Source of the DNA: Octopus bimaculoides
Lineage: Eukaryota
Assembly (NCBI RefSeq): GCF_001194135.2
Contig: NC_068990.1
Location: 47,822,716 to 47,886,715, forward strand
DNA length: 64,000 nt
Direction: 5' to 3'
Numbering within the stretch: position 1 is the stretch's first letter; every line of letters starts with the position of its first letter. The notes beneath the pieces were generated by a model, which saw only the letters and a list, made by a program, of their open reading frames with translations, ran no database searches and was not told the origin of the DNA. Of this stretch, positions 1 to 12,414 are shown one piece after another. The translations under genes and the position numbers were made by a program.

Positions 1-2260
1 GTGGTTCCCAAACTTTTTTTTACAAGAAGTCAAAATATTTTGGTGCAATTTGTACATAAATTCAAAAATTTATTCAAAAGGGATTCTATACATATTAGCA
101 TAAACTATAAAACAATATAATAAGTAAAAATACAGAAAAATTGCATGTACTTACTCTTTATTAAATATATGAAGCAAAGTTATCGATGAGAAACATGCAC
201 TTGATGTTTTTTGGAAACGTTTTCAATATTGGGACGTATTTGAGAATGACAAGCCCTCATTTCATCTTTGATGTAACAGAACCTCTCTCTTTTTTTTGTG
301 GGGGGAGGATTTAATGTTATTGAGGGTTGAAAATCCCAACTCACATAAATACGATGTGGAAAACTGCATCAAAACGGATAAAGCTTTTTTTGCTACTGAC
401 GGGTATTCTCCTATAATATCAATCCAAAATGTATCAATAGGTAACTTAGCATACTTGATTTTTAAGTCTGCGATCACTGGATGTAGATGCCAATTCCTCT
501 TCTTCTCATATTTTCAGACGAATATTAGATGAAATTTTTATGAAGGGATTTCCCCAATCATACTCTTCTGTGTTCAGTGACGGAAAATAAAAGATTATTT
601 TTTTCCAGATTTTTCAAATGTTTAAATACAATAGGAGTAATTACAGCTTTTACAACTTTCGTTTTAAATGAAATCAGCTTCTCTGTTGAAGTGAGAATGT
701 TTTCATCTCTACCTTGCATACTCGTGTTGACGCTATTAAGTTGTGAAAATATCTCTGTCAAATATTCCGGCTTGGAAACCCCAAATTCACATTGCATATA
801 CTCCAAGCGGTCAGGTTGTTCTACTTTAAAAAATGCAATTCCTTCTAGAGTTCATTTATGCGACGTAGCACTTTGTCTCTTGAGAGCCATCTACTTTTGC
901 GTGTAAAAGTAAGCGCTTGTGCTGGGAATCCAGATCATCACAAATTTGTTCAAATAAGTGACACTTCAATGGCCTACTTTTAATATAATTAACCATTTCA
1001 ACAACTTGGTTTAATACTTGCTTTAGCTCAATTGGTATTGCTTTTGAAACTAGTACCTCTCTATGTAGGAAGCAATGAGTACGTATAACATTACGATTTT
1101 GCTGTTGCATGAGAAATACAAAACCTTTAATAGAGCCTATCATAGATGGTGTCCTATCAGTACATATTCCAATCATGAATTCCAGGATAAATTCCATTTT
1201 TCGTGGTAGGCAGATAAAATATAAAAAATATCTTGACCTCTTGTAGTGAGTAGCATTTCTTTGTGGAGGACGTAAAGAATGTGGACATCACCCACTTTCG
1301 TANNNNNNNNNNNNNNNNNNNNNNNNNNNNNNNNNNNNNNNNNNNNNNNNNNNNNNNNNNNNNNNNNNNNNNNNNNNNNNNNNNNNNNNNNNNNNNNNNN
1401 NNNNNNNNNNNNNNNNNNNNNNNNNNNNNNNNNNNNNNNNNNNNNNNNNNNNNNNNNNNNNNNNNNNNNNNNNNNNNNNNNNNNNNNNNNNNNNNNNNNN
1501 NNNNNNNNNNNNNNNNNNNNNNNNNNNNNNNNNNNNNNNNNNNNNNNNATGCGTTTTTTTTTTTGCAGAATCAGAATCTCTGTACTCGAAAATGGGAGAT
1601 TCTGTAAAAAAAAATAATATAAATAACGAAAAGGAGTGCGGTTCACATTATTTACGTTCGCCTTTCTTTGCAACAAAAGAACAAAAGAACCATCAATATA
1701 GCTATTAAATGTAAGTAAACGTACTTTGTTGCTAATGTCAGTTGATTCATAAACCTGTAAGGGCAAATTCTGAGTTCTGAAATTTGTTCTGTACACTTTC
1801 CTCTATATCAGCAGATAAATCCATAATTATCATAAGGATTGTATTGTTTGAGAGCGGAATCTTGCCTTATTTCTTGCTCAGCTTCATCACCTAACATGGT
1901 TTTAACTATCTTTCGAGGGGCGGGTAAGATAATCGACTCGGTTAAATTATGTGATTTCATTTGTAGTGCAATCATTTCAGCTATCTCAACAGACGCGACT
2001 TGAGCCTTTTCAGAAGCATTCACCCTTTTTTCAAAATAGTTTCTTTGTTTAGATTGCTGTTCTAGCAGTCTTTGGAAATGATTCAGATTTTTACATTGAA
2101 GATGTGAGTGTTTAGTTGTAAAATGTTTTCTCAACTTGCTAGGTAACGTATCTTCATTGGACATTTTTCGCCACAAACAACACAAAGCGGAAGTGGTTGA
2201 TCATTGTTGCCAGTCCAATGAAACCCAAACTTTAAATAGCTATTGCAATATTTACGATTG
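1..2260 (-). mobile_element. Decayed hAT (Buster/Charlie, ZBED5/FAM200-like) DNA transposon with fragmented transposase
   Basis: Minus-strand fragments in the correct order: BED finger (RKYCNSYLKFGF..LCVVCGEK..SKLRKH, ~2260-2130), catalytic region (ICTD..THCFLHRE, 856-1197), and hATC dimerization domain (FW..EYP..AKKAL....FSTSYLCELGFS, 262-477). Bases 1-19 (gtggttcccaaactttttt) resemble the Charlie/Buster terminal repeat. Frameshifts and an N gap at 1303-1548. Confidence 0.9.
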
Positions 2261-2399
2261 GGTAAGGTGGCGAGTTGGTAGAAACATTTTATCTATGGTA
2301 CAAAGTAAAGTTACTTCATCATTATAAACATCTTAATTTTATGTTACCTTTTCCATATAGGCATGGGTTGAATGGTTTTTCTGAGGCAGTGTTTTACAT

Positions 2400-5194
2400 T
2401 TGGTTGTCATTCCTTTTAGTTATCGCATACAACATGCAAGGCCACAATGTATTTATTCTAAAGCCAGGCGTACCATAAGGTTCAATATAGAGGGAATATC
2501 CCCCAGACGTCGACGTGGCCTGGATAGCAGCCGCTGTCTTGTTCGGAAACGAGGAAGAGATAGCGGTTCTCCAGGCCACTAAGACGGAAACAAGAAACTG
2601 GAAAGGGCAATCCCTAAACATGGTGATACAAGGACCGAAGGAAATAATAGAAGAGGTGCCGGAAACAATAGCATTTGACGGTGTAATAATTGTAGTTAGA
2701 GTAGAGGGCAGGATTCCCAGATGCTACAAGTGTGGCCAGAAAGGCCACGTTAGAGCAAACTGCCCTCTACAAGACAAAAAGAGAAAGGAAGAACCGGCAA
2801 GAGAAAAGGAAAAAATAACACCACCACCAGCAAAAACAGAAGAAAGCGGAACAGAAGGTGAATGGGTGACACCAAGCAAGAAAAGGAAAAGTAAAAGGGG
2901 GAAACCAGGTAAAATAAATACAGTCAGACTCAAGCCGTTCAACCTCCCCACCTCCCGAAAAAAGGAAAAGAAGTAACTTTGCTATTATGTTTACAATACT
3001 AATAAGGACCTGTGTGAAGAAATAAAAAAGTGGAAAAATATACGAGTGGTGGACACTCGCAAGTTCGACAATGTACAAGGGTGGCATTGCTGCCTGTTGT
3101 TGGACGAGGAGCAGAGGGAAAAAGTTACAAAATTCAAAGGAGGATTTAAAATGTGGAAAGTCGAGCTAGACATCAAAAAATTACCATGGAACATAGAGTA
3201 TACGCAACCTATTCTAATCTCCATCTGACGTGCTACATCATTGACAGGGTAGTTAATGAACCTGGCGTGGGTGGGGCGCTGATCAATTTGGATCAATCGA
3301 AAGCTTTCGATAGGGTTGACCATCGCTACTTGGAGGCTGTTTTTAGAGCGGCTAGTTTTGGTCCCATCTTCCCTAGCTGGATTACTGCTTTATACAGCGG
3401 CATATGCTTGGTAGTTCGCGTAAGTGGTCATCTATCCAGACCATTTATCATTACGCGTTCGGTCCGTGAAGAATGCCCCCTCTTGTTGCTTCTGTATGCA
3501 TTGACTCTAGAGCCACTACTGCGGAAGCTGATGATGCTGAGGGGCATCCTGCAAGAACTAGGATGCAGGAGGAGCGTGTCTGCATGCGCGCACGACGGTA
3601 CTGTCATAATGTCGAGCCATAGGTATATTGACCTGGTCGGCGAAACACTAAAAGAATACAAAGCGGTAACGGGAGCGAAAATTAACTTGGAAAAGTCAAT
3701 GGGCTTGTGACTTGGCACCTGGAGAGGCAGGCCCATGCCGTCCAACAGTGTCTCCATCATGGGACACTGGACCGACGAACCGGTTAAATTGCTTGGGGTC
3801 TGGTTCGGATCGGACTTCCAAATGGAGAAGAACTGGGACGAGATAACGAGTAGGGTGGCCACTCTGGGCCGAGAGGAAGCTATTCCTAAAAGGTCGGGCA
3901 GAGGTGACGAACACGTACATCGTATCCGTCATCTAGTACCGTCTGACTATCGTGCCTTGTCCTGACCCTACCATCACCAAATTGGAACACATGCTCTTCT
4001 GCTTTCTGTGGATGGTTAGTCGATTCATTTGCTATTAACAGTCGATCCATTTGCTATCAACACGCGCTAAATGGAGGACTGGGCATGCTGTGGTTGATGA
4101 TGCGCAGACATGCGCTGAGACTACGACATCTCCAGTGCTTTATAGATGATGGTGAACAGGTGTGGTCACCGTTTGTGAGACGTGCTTTATCACAGCTCGT
4201 CTCTTTGACCGAACTGCAGTCATGGATCAAACCAGAAGCTAGGCAAATGGCACCACAAGTGCTGCCTTGCTCTCAAGCAACTCTGTTGTCTGGAGCCAAA
4301 CTTGTGCGACTTCAATTCCATGAAGGCGTTCTATAGAGGATTAGTGGAGGGGAGGTGCGACGACATTGTTGGGGAGAATCTGGGCGTCTACGGGGAACAA
4401 CTGACCCACCTCCTCAGGACCACTTTCGGACCAGGACCTATGGACAATCACCAGAGATCCCTGGCCTGGTAGTGCTATCAGAAAGCATTGCCCGTTCAGG
4501 ATAAGCTCTACAGGCACGGTTCAAGATACACCGGACCAACTTGCTCGAGATGCGGTCAGAGTGATGAAGCCATTGTGCATGCACTCTTGCAGTGTACAGC
4601 CATTTCAGTGTGGAACGAATTCGGTTATCGGCTGAGTTTATCATGAAAATTGCCCCACCACCTTCCTTTAACCGGGAAGGCAAAGTAGTTTTTATTTTAC
4701 TGATGGCCATGGTGAAAGATGGACTCGCGCAAAAGGTTTAGAGATAAACACTTTCCTCTCTGGCCAATTGCTCATCAACTTTTTCCAGTACCACTTATAA
4801 AGGAAGTTGAGAACAGAGAGGTAAGTTTTGTCTCATAAAAGTTTCAACAAAAGGTGGGGGAATGTAGCAAAGATGGTACGCATAAATGACGAAACCACTT
4901 TAAGCATGATCCTGTTAATCCTAAAGAGGGAGAGAGCGCTTTGCACTCATGTGCTACTTTCCCTGTCTGAGGTTAATGTGGTCTTTTCTGTAGGCTTTTC
5001 TTTCCATGGATAAACCTCTTTTACATTCTTACGCCTCTTTTTCTTTTGCTGTTTACATGTCACAAACGCTTTCAATCCCCTTTGACAGTTTTCTTATTGA
5101 TATGTATTTTTTTTTCTTTCTTTGTCTAGAAAAGAAAAGTTCTACTTTGTATTGTCCCTTCACTGCTTGGTCCAGCGTGGCTAATAAAGAAAAA

Positions 5195-5195
<1 letters not shown>
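2400..5195 (+). mobile_element. L1/Tx1-like LINE, internally deleted (ORF1 with zinc knuckle, then RT C-half and zf-RVT tail)
   Basis: ORF1 2515-2976 with CYKCGQKGHVRANC knuckle. RT motifs LDQSKAFDRVDH and VKLLGVWF (3250-3830). C-terminal DKLYRHG..CSRC....E...HAL..C (~4500-4590). AATAAA at 5183. No endonuclease sequence between ORF1 and RT. Confidence 0.88.
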
Positions 5196-5268
<73 letters not shown>

Positions 5269-5359
5269 CCTACCTACCTACCTACCTACCTTCCTACCTA
5301 CCTATCTACCTACTTACCTACCTACCTACTTGCCTGTCTGTCTGTCTGTCTGTCTGTCT
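5195..5359. repeat. Compound tetranucleotide microsatellite (TATC)n-(TACC)n-(TGTC)n
   Basis: Read directly from the sequence. Confidence 0.97.
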
Positions 5360-5580
5360 GAATGTATTGTTGATATACCAGCTCCCCGTAAGTTTGATTT
5401 ATTTGTATACAATATATATATCATTTTCGCTTAGAAAATGGCTAAATCTAACGAAGAAGCCAGCGTTTCTCTTATTGAATTCCCTCCGCTAACAAAGATA
5501 GGGGAAGGTAAAAAGAACGTCATTTTGCTTGCTCANNNNNNNNNNNNNNNNNNNNNNNNNNNNNNNNNNNNNNNNNNNNN

Positions 5581-5622
<42 letters not shown>
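5581..5622. repeat. (CA)n microsatellite next to an N gap
   Basis: Read directly from the sequence. Confidence 0.97.
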
Positions 5623-5626
<4 letters not shown>

Positions 5627-5735
5627 ACTGAATGATGCACGCACACACAAGAACGCCAGTCTGGCCGTAGAAAATATGAACAAGGTAAAGACAACGACAC
5701 TTACTACTGCAAACACCGCCTCCACCTCTGCTACC

Positions 5736-5767
<32 letters not shown>

Positions 5768-8700
5768 AATGACTTTGCTTCAGTTTTGACGCAAAGAAAA
5801 CGAGTTGTTTCGTTTACGCCTCAACAATTAATGGAAACAAGACACCTTTTATCTAAGGAAGGTAACACAATAAACCTAAATATAACGTATCACATTTTAG
5901 AAAACATTAACAAGGAAGCAATTATAAATAAGACAATCAATTTTAAAAATGAGAAAATCCGAAAATATGAATCAGCAAATAATCGCAAAATGTTTAAGGC
6001 CCATATGGCCACATAAAAAATACATTATAAGGGGTAAAAGATTTGCCACAGTCGAAGTCAGGTTTGACTCAGAAGAGCAAACCAAAGTTTTTCTACAGAA
6101 TCACATCAATCTGAAGAAATACTAATGATCTCTACATACTTGAGGCGTAGGGTCACAAGAATAAAAATCAAGGATGTGCCCCCTGAAATTGAAGCACAAT
6201 GGCTGGTGTCAACCATCTGCTCCAATTTTGAAGATGTTACTAACATCTTGGAGATTGCTGTCCTAGATCAACAGAACTGGATAGGCCAGTCTTCCGAAAT
6301 CTTGGTTCAAGCAGATCAGAATACAATCGAAAATATAGCAGATTTGATAAAACTGCCAGATGGTACTAAATTACATGTCATTGTTGAAGGCAGAAAACCA
6401 CGCTGTTACCTCTGTAGAAGCAAAAACCACTTAAAAGCTGGTTGCCCAATACACAAGAAGCAACAGCAACAAAATTAACAACAACAACAATAACAAGAAA
6501 ACGACAACAACAACAACAAGAAAGCAACAACAAAAAAACCACAACAGCAAGAAAATCAAACACCAAAGAAAAAACCAGCACTGCTACCCACACCGCCATA
6601 TGCACAGCTGATAAAACAGCTTTATCAAGAAATGAAAGAGCATCAGCAACCAGCAAGCCAGCCCAACCAAACGTCACCACCATCAGTACCCCCAAGAACA
6701 GAAGCAACGCCATCACCACCACCAATAGACCCCAATACCCTTCCCCTCTCACTTTCTGATTCCTCTGGCATGTCGTCGGATGAAGGCGACTCAGAGGAAT
6801 GGCAAGTGGCCACAATGGTGAAGAGAAAAAGGGAAAAAAAAAAGAATATAGAAACAAACATACAAAGCAGGGAGGTTTACCACTCCCGAAATCAAAACAC
6901 CTGCAGAATACAAAAGCATTAACAAACACAGAAACACACAAGGAATCTACAGTGCTTAAAGCAATAAGCACAAACAATCCAAACATAATGTAATACTTTA
7001 GGTCAAACACCAGCATAACAGAAAACGATGTCAAAACAAACAATCACCTACACACAACACATAAAAATCATACATGACACAAAACACACACAACACACTG
7101 AAATCTCTCTACCCGGATGCAGTAGGGAGATTTAAAAAATATCTATCAAAAAGAATTATACAAAAACCTTCTGAGAAGATTGTGAGGTGAAGGACAACCA
7201 ACATTCGAACAGTACGTGACTCTCTCTCATTTTTCCCCTTTTCCTTTCGTGTGTAAAGCACAACTTTCGATAGGAATACGCTTAGAATAGGTTGTATAAA
7301 TGTGCGTGGCTTGGGACCGCCTTGGAAACAAAGCTACCTGTTAAATGACATCAAATCACAGAATGTGCACATCATAGCCATCAGTGAGAACAGAATCCAC
7401 AACCTGACAATTTGACATTTATTTTTCTCAGTATCTGCCGAGAGTGAGTGCAGGTGATACTGCAGTACTTTTTCGGAAGAGTCTGGAACACAAAGTAAGA
7501 GCAATATTCTTATCACAGCCACAGACGTACGGGATGCGATAGCAGGCTGTGCGAGAGACAAGTCTCCAGGCTTGGATGGCCTGCCCTACAAGCTTTATTG
7601 TCATATGCCAGACTTGTTTGGAGACGTCTTGACAGCAGTCTACTGCAACTGACAGCAAAACAGGAGTATCCCCAGTTTTGTGAGCCAAGGAGTTGTGGAA
7701 CTGCTAATGAAAGATCCAAACAAAGAGAACGTCATAGATAACTTCAGGCCCATCACTCCGCTCAATGCAGATTTGAAGATCTTGATCAAGGCGCTAGCCG
7801 AGAGGTTGGCACTCGTCATCGAGATACTCATCGACAAGGCGCAAACATGCGCCATGCCGAACAGTAGTATCCATGACAACTTCCATATGATGCGCTATAT
7901 TATAGACAGGGTAGTTAAGGAACTTGACCAATTTGGATCAATTGAAAACTTTTAATGGGCTTGACCATCACTACTTGGATGCTGTCCTTGGAGTGGCTGG
8001 TTTTGGTCCCGTCTTCCACGGTTGGATCACTGTCTTATACAGCAGCATCCGCTTGGTTTTTTTGTGTAAATGGCTATCTATCCAGACTATTTAATATCAT
8101 GCGTTCAGTCCATGAAGGATGCCTCCTCTCGTCGCTTCTGTACGTTTTGACTCCAGAGCCACTACTGCGGAAGCTGGTGACGCTGAGGGGAATCCCGCAA
8201 GAACTAGGATGCAGGAGGAGCGTGTCTGCATGCTCAGATAACGTCACCATCATAATGTCGAGCCAGAGGCATAATGACCTAGTCGGCAAGATAGTAAAAG
8301 AATACAAAGCAGTAACAGGAGCAAAAATTAACCCCCAAAAAGTCAGTGGGCTTGTGGATCGGCACCTGGAGAAGCAAGTCCGTGTCGTCCAACAGCATTG
8401 TGGACACTGGCCCAACGGGCCGGTTAAATTTCTCAGCGTCTGGTTCGGACCAGACCTCTAAATGGAGAAGAACTGGGATAAGATAACGAGTAAGGTGGCC
8501 ACTCTGGGCCGAGAGGAAGCTATTCCTAAAAGGTCGGGCGGAGGTGGAGTCCGTGTATGTCGCATCTGTCATCTATTACCATCTGACCATCTTTCCTTGT
8601 CCCGACCCTACCATCACCAAACTGGAATGCATACTCTTCCGCTTTTTATGGAAGGGAAGCGTTCCAATTGTTAGGCAATTCACTTGCTGTCAACACGCGC

Positions 8701-9543
8701 TAAATGGAGGACTGGGCATGCCGTGGTTGATGATGTGCAGACATGTACTGAGACTGCGACATCTCCGGCACTTTTTAGACGATGGTGAACAGGTGTGGTT
8801 GCAGTTTGTGAGACGCGCTTTCCCGCAGCTCATTTCATTGGCTGCACTGCAGTCATAGATCAAACAGAGACCGCCTTGCTGTCCGGGACCAAACTTTGCG
8901 ACTTCAATTCCACGAAGGAGTTCTATAAAGGATTAGTGGAGGGGAGGTGTGACGATGTTCTTGGGGAGAAACTGGGCGTCGACATAGAACAACTGACCCG
9001 CCTCCTCGGGATCACTTTCGGGCCGGGACCTATGGCCAACTACCAAAGATCCCTGGCCTGCTATCAGGAAGCATTGCCCGTTTGAAATAAGCTCTACAGG
9101 CACGGTTAGAAATACACCAGACCGACTTGCCTAAGATGCGGTCAGAGCGATGAAACCGTTCTGCACGCACTCGTGCAGTGTCCAACCATTTCAGACCTGT
9201 GGGCTTATGTTGAACGGCTGCTGTGGGATGAATTCGGTTATCAGCCGAGTCTATCATGAAAATTGCCCCGCCACCTTCTTTTAACTGGGAAGGCAAGGCA
9301 GTTTTCATTGTACTGGTGGCCGTGGTGTAAGAATGTGTGTAGTGGACTCATGTGAAAGGTTTAGAGACAAACACTTTCCTCTCTGGCCAATCGCTCATCA
9401 ACTTTTCCAAGTACCACTTGAACAGGAAGGTGAGAGTAGAGAGGAAAGCTTTGTCTCATGAAAGTTTCAATAAAAGGTGGGTGAATGTAACAAACATTGT
9501 ACGCATGCATAACGAAACCACTTTGAGCATGATCCTGTAAATT

Positions 9544-9545
<2 letters not shown>
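5623..9545 (+). mobile_element. L1/Tx1-like LINE, second family: ORF1, truncated APE endonuclease, RT and zf-RVT; 3' UTR lost
   Basis: ORF1 fragments 5786-6478 with CYLCRSKNHLKAGC. APE start LRIGCINVRGL..ISE at 7281-7390. RT N-terminus KSPGLDGLP and NFRPITPLNADLKIL (7560-7800). The downstream RT/zf region closely parallels 3250-4910. Many stops and frameshifts. Confidence 0.88.

Positions 9546-9603
<58 letters not shown>
9546..9603. repeat. (AG)n microsatellite
   Basis: Read directly from the sequence. Confidence 0.97.
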
Positions 9604-9606
<3 letters not shown>

Positions 9607-10448
9607 TCGTTCACAGTGGTTAAAAAACGAAAAAGAAAAGAAAGAGTAAACTCTCCGCGGGAGAGGCAGACAAAGAAAAAAGAGGATAAGGAGGTTGAGA
9701 AGGAGGTTGAGAAGGAGGTTGCAAAGGAGCTTGAGAAGAAGATTGAGAAAGAGGTGACAATAGCAAGGGTACTGGCTACATTAGCGGTGGAGGAAGATTT
9801 GGGTGGTATATAGAGACAACAGCACGAAAGTAGTGACATTAACTAAAATGGAGGTAGATAAAGACAGAGGGAAGGCGCCAAGAGTGGAGCAAGGTAAAGG
9901 CAAACAGGTGAGAAAAACCGAAGAAACACAAGTGGAATTTGGTGACATACGCCAAGAACATGACGATAGAAAAAAGATAACGAAGTTTAAATCCCTAAGG
10001 GTTAAGTTACCTACGGAGATTTACACGGAAAATGTGAAAGCAATTGTTATAAAGAGAGGTATAACAGGTTAAAGGAAATGTTTGGAAGGGATATTGATCC
10101 ACCGGGAGTTGAGGTGGAGTTTGACGAACTGCCGCCAGTGATGGAATATAGAGAATTAAAACCATACATGACGTTTTTTTAAAAAACAGAGTAAGTAAAA
10201 TTTCTTTAAAAAAAACGATGCTAATAGAAAAAACAAAAGGAAAGAAGAAAAGATTATAAACTGTTTGTAGGAACGTTCAAACGGTACTGCATGAGAGTGG
10301 GGCTCATGCAACCATTCCATCTTCATTTATTATATAACATTTTTCTCATTTTCATTCGTTTTGTGTTTTTTGTCCCCACTGTGGTGTTCTGTCTGTCTTT
10401 GTGCTGTCCCCTCTGTGTAAAAGCCTGAGTGCTTAAATAAAGAATTGG
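9604..10448 (+). mobile_element. ORF1-only Tx1-derived element, family A copy A1 (5'-truncated; ORF1 C-terminus plus 3' tail)
   Basis: K/E-rich ORF1 segment and the KAIVI..YNRLKEM..IDP.G C-terminus run directly into a 3' tail with the GCATGAG/CTCATGC hairpin (10288-10310) and AATAAA (10436). Confidence 0.75.
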
Positions 10449-11318
10449 TACAGTATGGTGTTTTTCTGATTGAAAAAGCTGTTGAAGATTGCTTGAAAGA
10501 AGTTAAAAAGCTCACCACTTTCATCACAAGAGGAAGAAAGTATGGCACAGTGGAGGTGCGATTCGCGACTGAAGACGAAGTGATAAAGCACTCCACTGTA
10601 GCCATAAAGACGGAAGAATGGGTACTTTTGCCAACGTACTCTGGCAAGCGTGTTGCCAGGGTGAGAGTAGGAAAAAGTACCCCCAGAAATAAATGAAACA
10701 TGGTTGGTAGCAGCGATAATGTTTATCATGGAGAAAGACGTAAAAATACTTAAAGTGACGAGAACCAAAATGTTAAATTGCTGGGGTTGTGGCATAGAGA
10801 TGGCCATACAAGCAAGTTTGAGAGACTTAAACGAAATTGCGGAGGAAATCGTTTCACCAGAGGAAGTGAGACTGAGAGTGGTAGTGGAGGGTAGGGCTCC
10901 TATATGTTATCAATGCAGGGGAAAAGGCCACATGAAGGCGAGGTGCCTCCAGAGAGAGGAGGAAGAACAGATGGAACAGTCTGAAGAACAGGAGATGGAC
11001 AAAGTGGTACAAGATGGTGTGAAAGAGACGGTAATAACAGAGGAAGCGTTCACTGTGGTCAAAAAATGAAAAAGAAAAAAAAGAGTAAGCTCTCCGCCGG
11101 AGAGGCAGAAAAAGAAAAGAGAAGAGGATAAGGAGGTTGAGAAGGAGCTTGAGGAGGAGACTGAGAAAGAGGTGACAGTAGCAAGGGTACTGGCTACACT
11201 AGCGGAGGAGGAAGATTTGGGTGGTATATAGAGACAACAGCATGAAAGGGAAGTATCGACATTAACTATAATGGAGGAGGATAAAGACAGTGTGAAGGCG
11301 CCAAGAGTGGAGCAATGA
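10449..11318 (+). mobile_element. Family A copy A2 (internal ORF1 fragment with zinc knuckle)
   Basis: FITRGRKYGTVEVRF, RVARVRVGK and CYQCRGKGHMKARC. Nearly identical to the minus-strand copy at 15300-16500. Confidence 0.78.
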
Positions 11319-11329
11319 AAAAACACTGC

Positions 11330-11640
11330 TGGATTGACACGAGTGAAATAAGATAGGTAAATCCATAATGAAGCACATGATACGTAAGTAGAATACCAAT
11401 AATAATAGATGCCCTTGATTTTGTGAGTAAATGCCTAACTGACAGCCTGGATAAACTAGGGTTTTCAGAAAAAGAAATCAACCAACTTGTACATTATTAT
11501 TATATACAAATACAGTCTGTAAGTGGAACAGTAAAAATATGCAAGACTTTTCTCAAGACATCTACATTCATCTACATTCCAATGATGGAGCTTTGTATCT
11601 TTGTAAGAGATCAGCTCCTTCTTCAGAGAAAGAATTTAAA
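11330..11640 (+). mobile_element. 3' fragment of a restriction-like-endonuclease (RLE) non-LTR retrotransposon
   Basis: PIIIDALDFVSKCLTDSLDKLGF...QIQSVSGTVKICKTFLK resembles the C-terminus after the PD-(D/E)xK motif of RLE-type LINEs. Confidence 0.5.
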
Positions 11641-11664
11641 TAATTAAAAACAGAAGAGAACATA

Positions 11665-11880
11665 ATACATACATACATACACACATGCATGCATACATAC
11701 ATACATACATACATACATACATACACACATACATACATACACAATGAGCTTATTTCCATTTATAACTACCAAATTCATTCTGGTTGGCTGTTGACCCAAG
11801 GCTATAATAGAAGTTCCACAGTGTGGGATTTAACCTGAAACTACGTGGATGGGAAGCATACCACACAGCCATACTTTTTG
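11665..11880 (-). mobile_element. tRNA-derived SINE (degenerate) with (TATG)n tail
   Basis: Reverse complement starts atggctgtgtggta...gtttcaggttaaatcccac (A/B-box-like). Homologous to the copies at 20285 and 23015. Confidence 0.6.
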
Positions 11881-12052
11881 TAAGAGTAACACTTTCTTTT
11901 GTATAGAGATGGCAATGGACAAGAACCATACTTTTATATCCTGGTGTTGGATAGATATTTTAGCGAAGCAGGGGGAAAGAAAGTATTCACATGACACACT
12001 ATTATTATTGTTACACGAAGTTAAACGTTCTCTGCCAATGACTCAGTGAACT

Positions 12053-12414
12053 GCTTGAATTCTTTTATTAAGCACACAAGCTTTTACACAGAGGGGACAG
12101 CACAAGGACAGACAGAACGCCACAGTGGGTACAAAAATATAAAACAAATGAAAAATGAGAAAAATGTTATATAAAAAGGAAAAATGAGATGGCTACATGA
12201 GCCCCACTCTCATGCAGTGCCATGTGAACTCAGTGTTTCTAATCTTTTTTCCCTGTTTTTTTCTCCATTAGCATTGTTTTTGTTCTCTCTTTTTTTTTTT
12301 AAACAATTTTACATTTTTTTAAATATCTTATGAATGGTTCCAGTTCTCTTAATTTCACTACTGGTGGCAGCTCGTCAAACTCCATCACAAATCCCAGCGG
12401 ATCAATGTTACACA
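12053..12414 (-). mobile_element. Family A copy A3 (ORF1 end plus complete 3' tail)
   Basis: Reverse-complement match to 10085-10448, including the hairpin and AATAAA. Confidence 0.8.
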
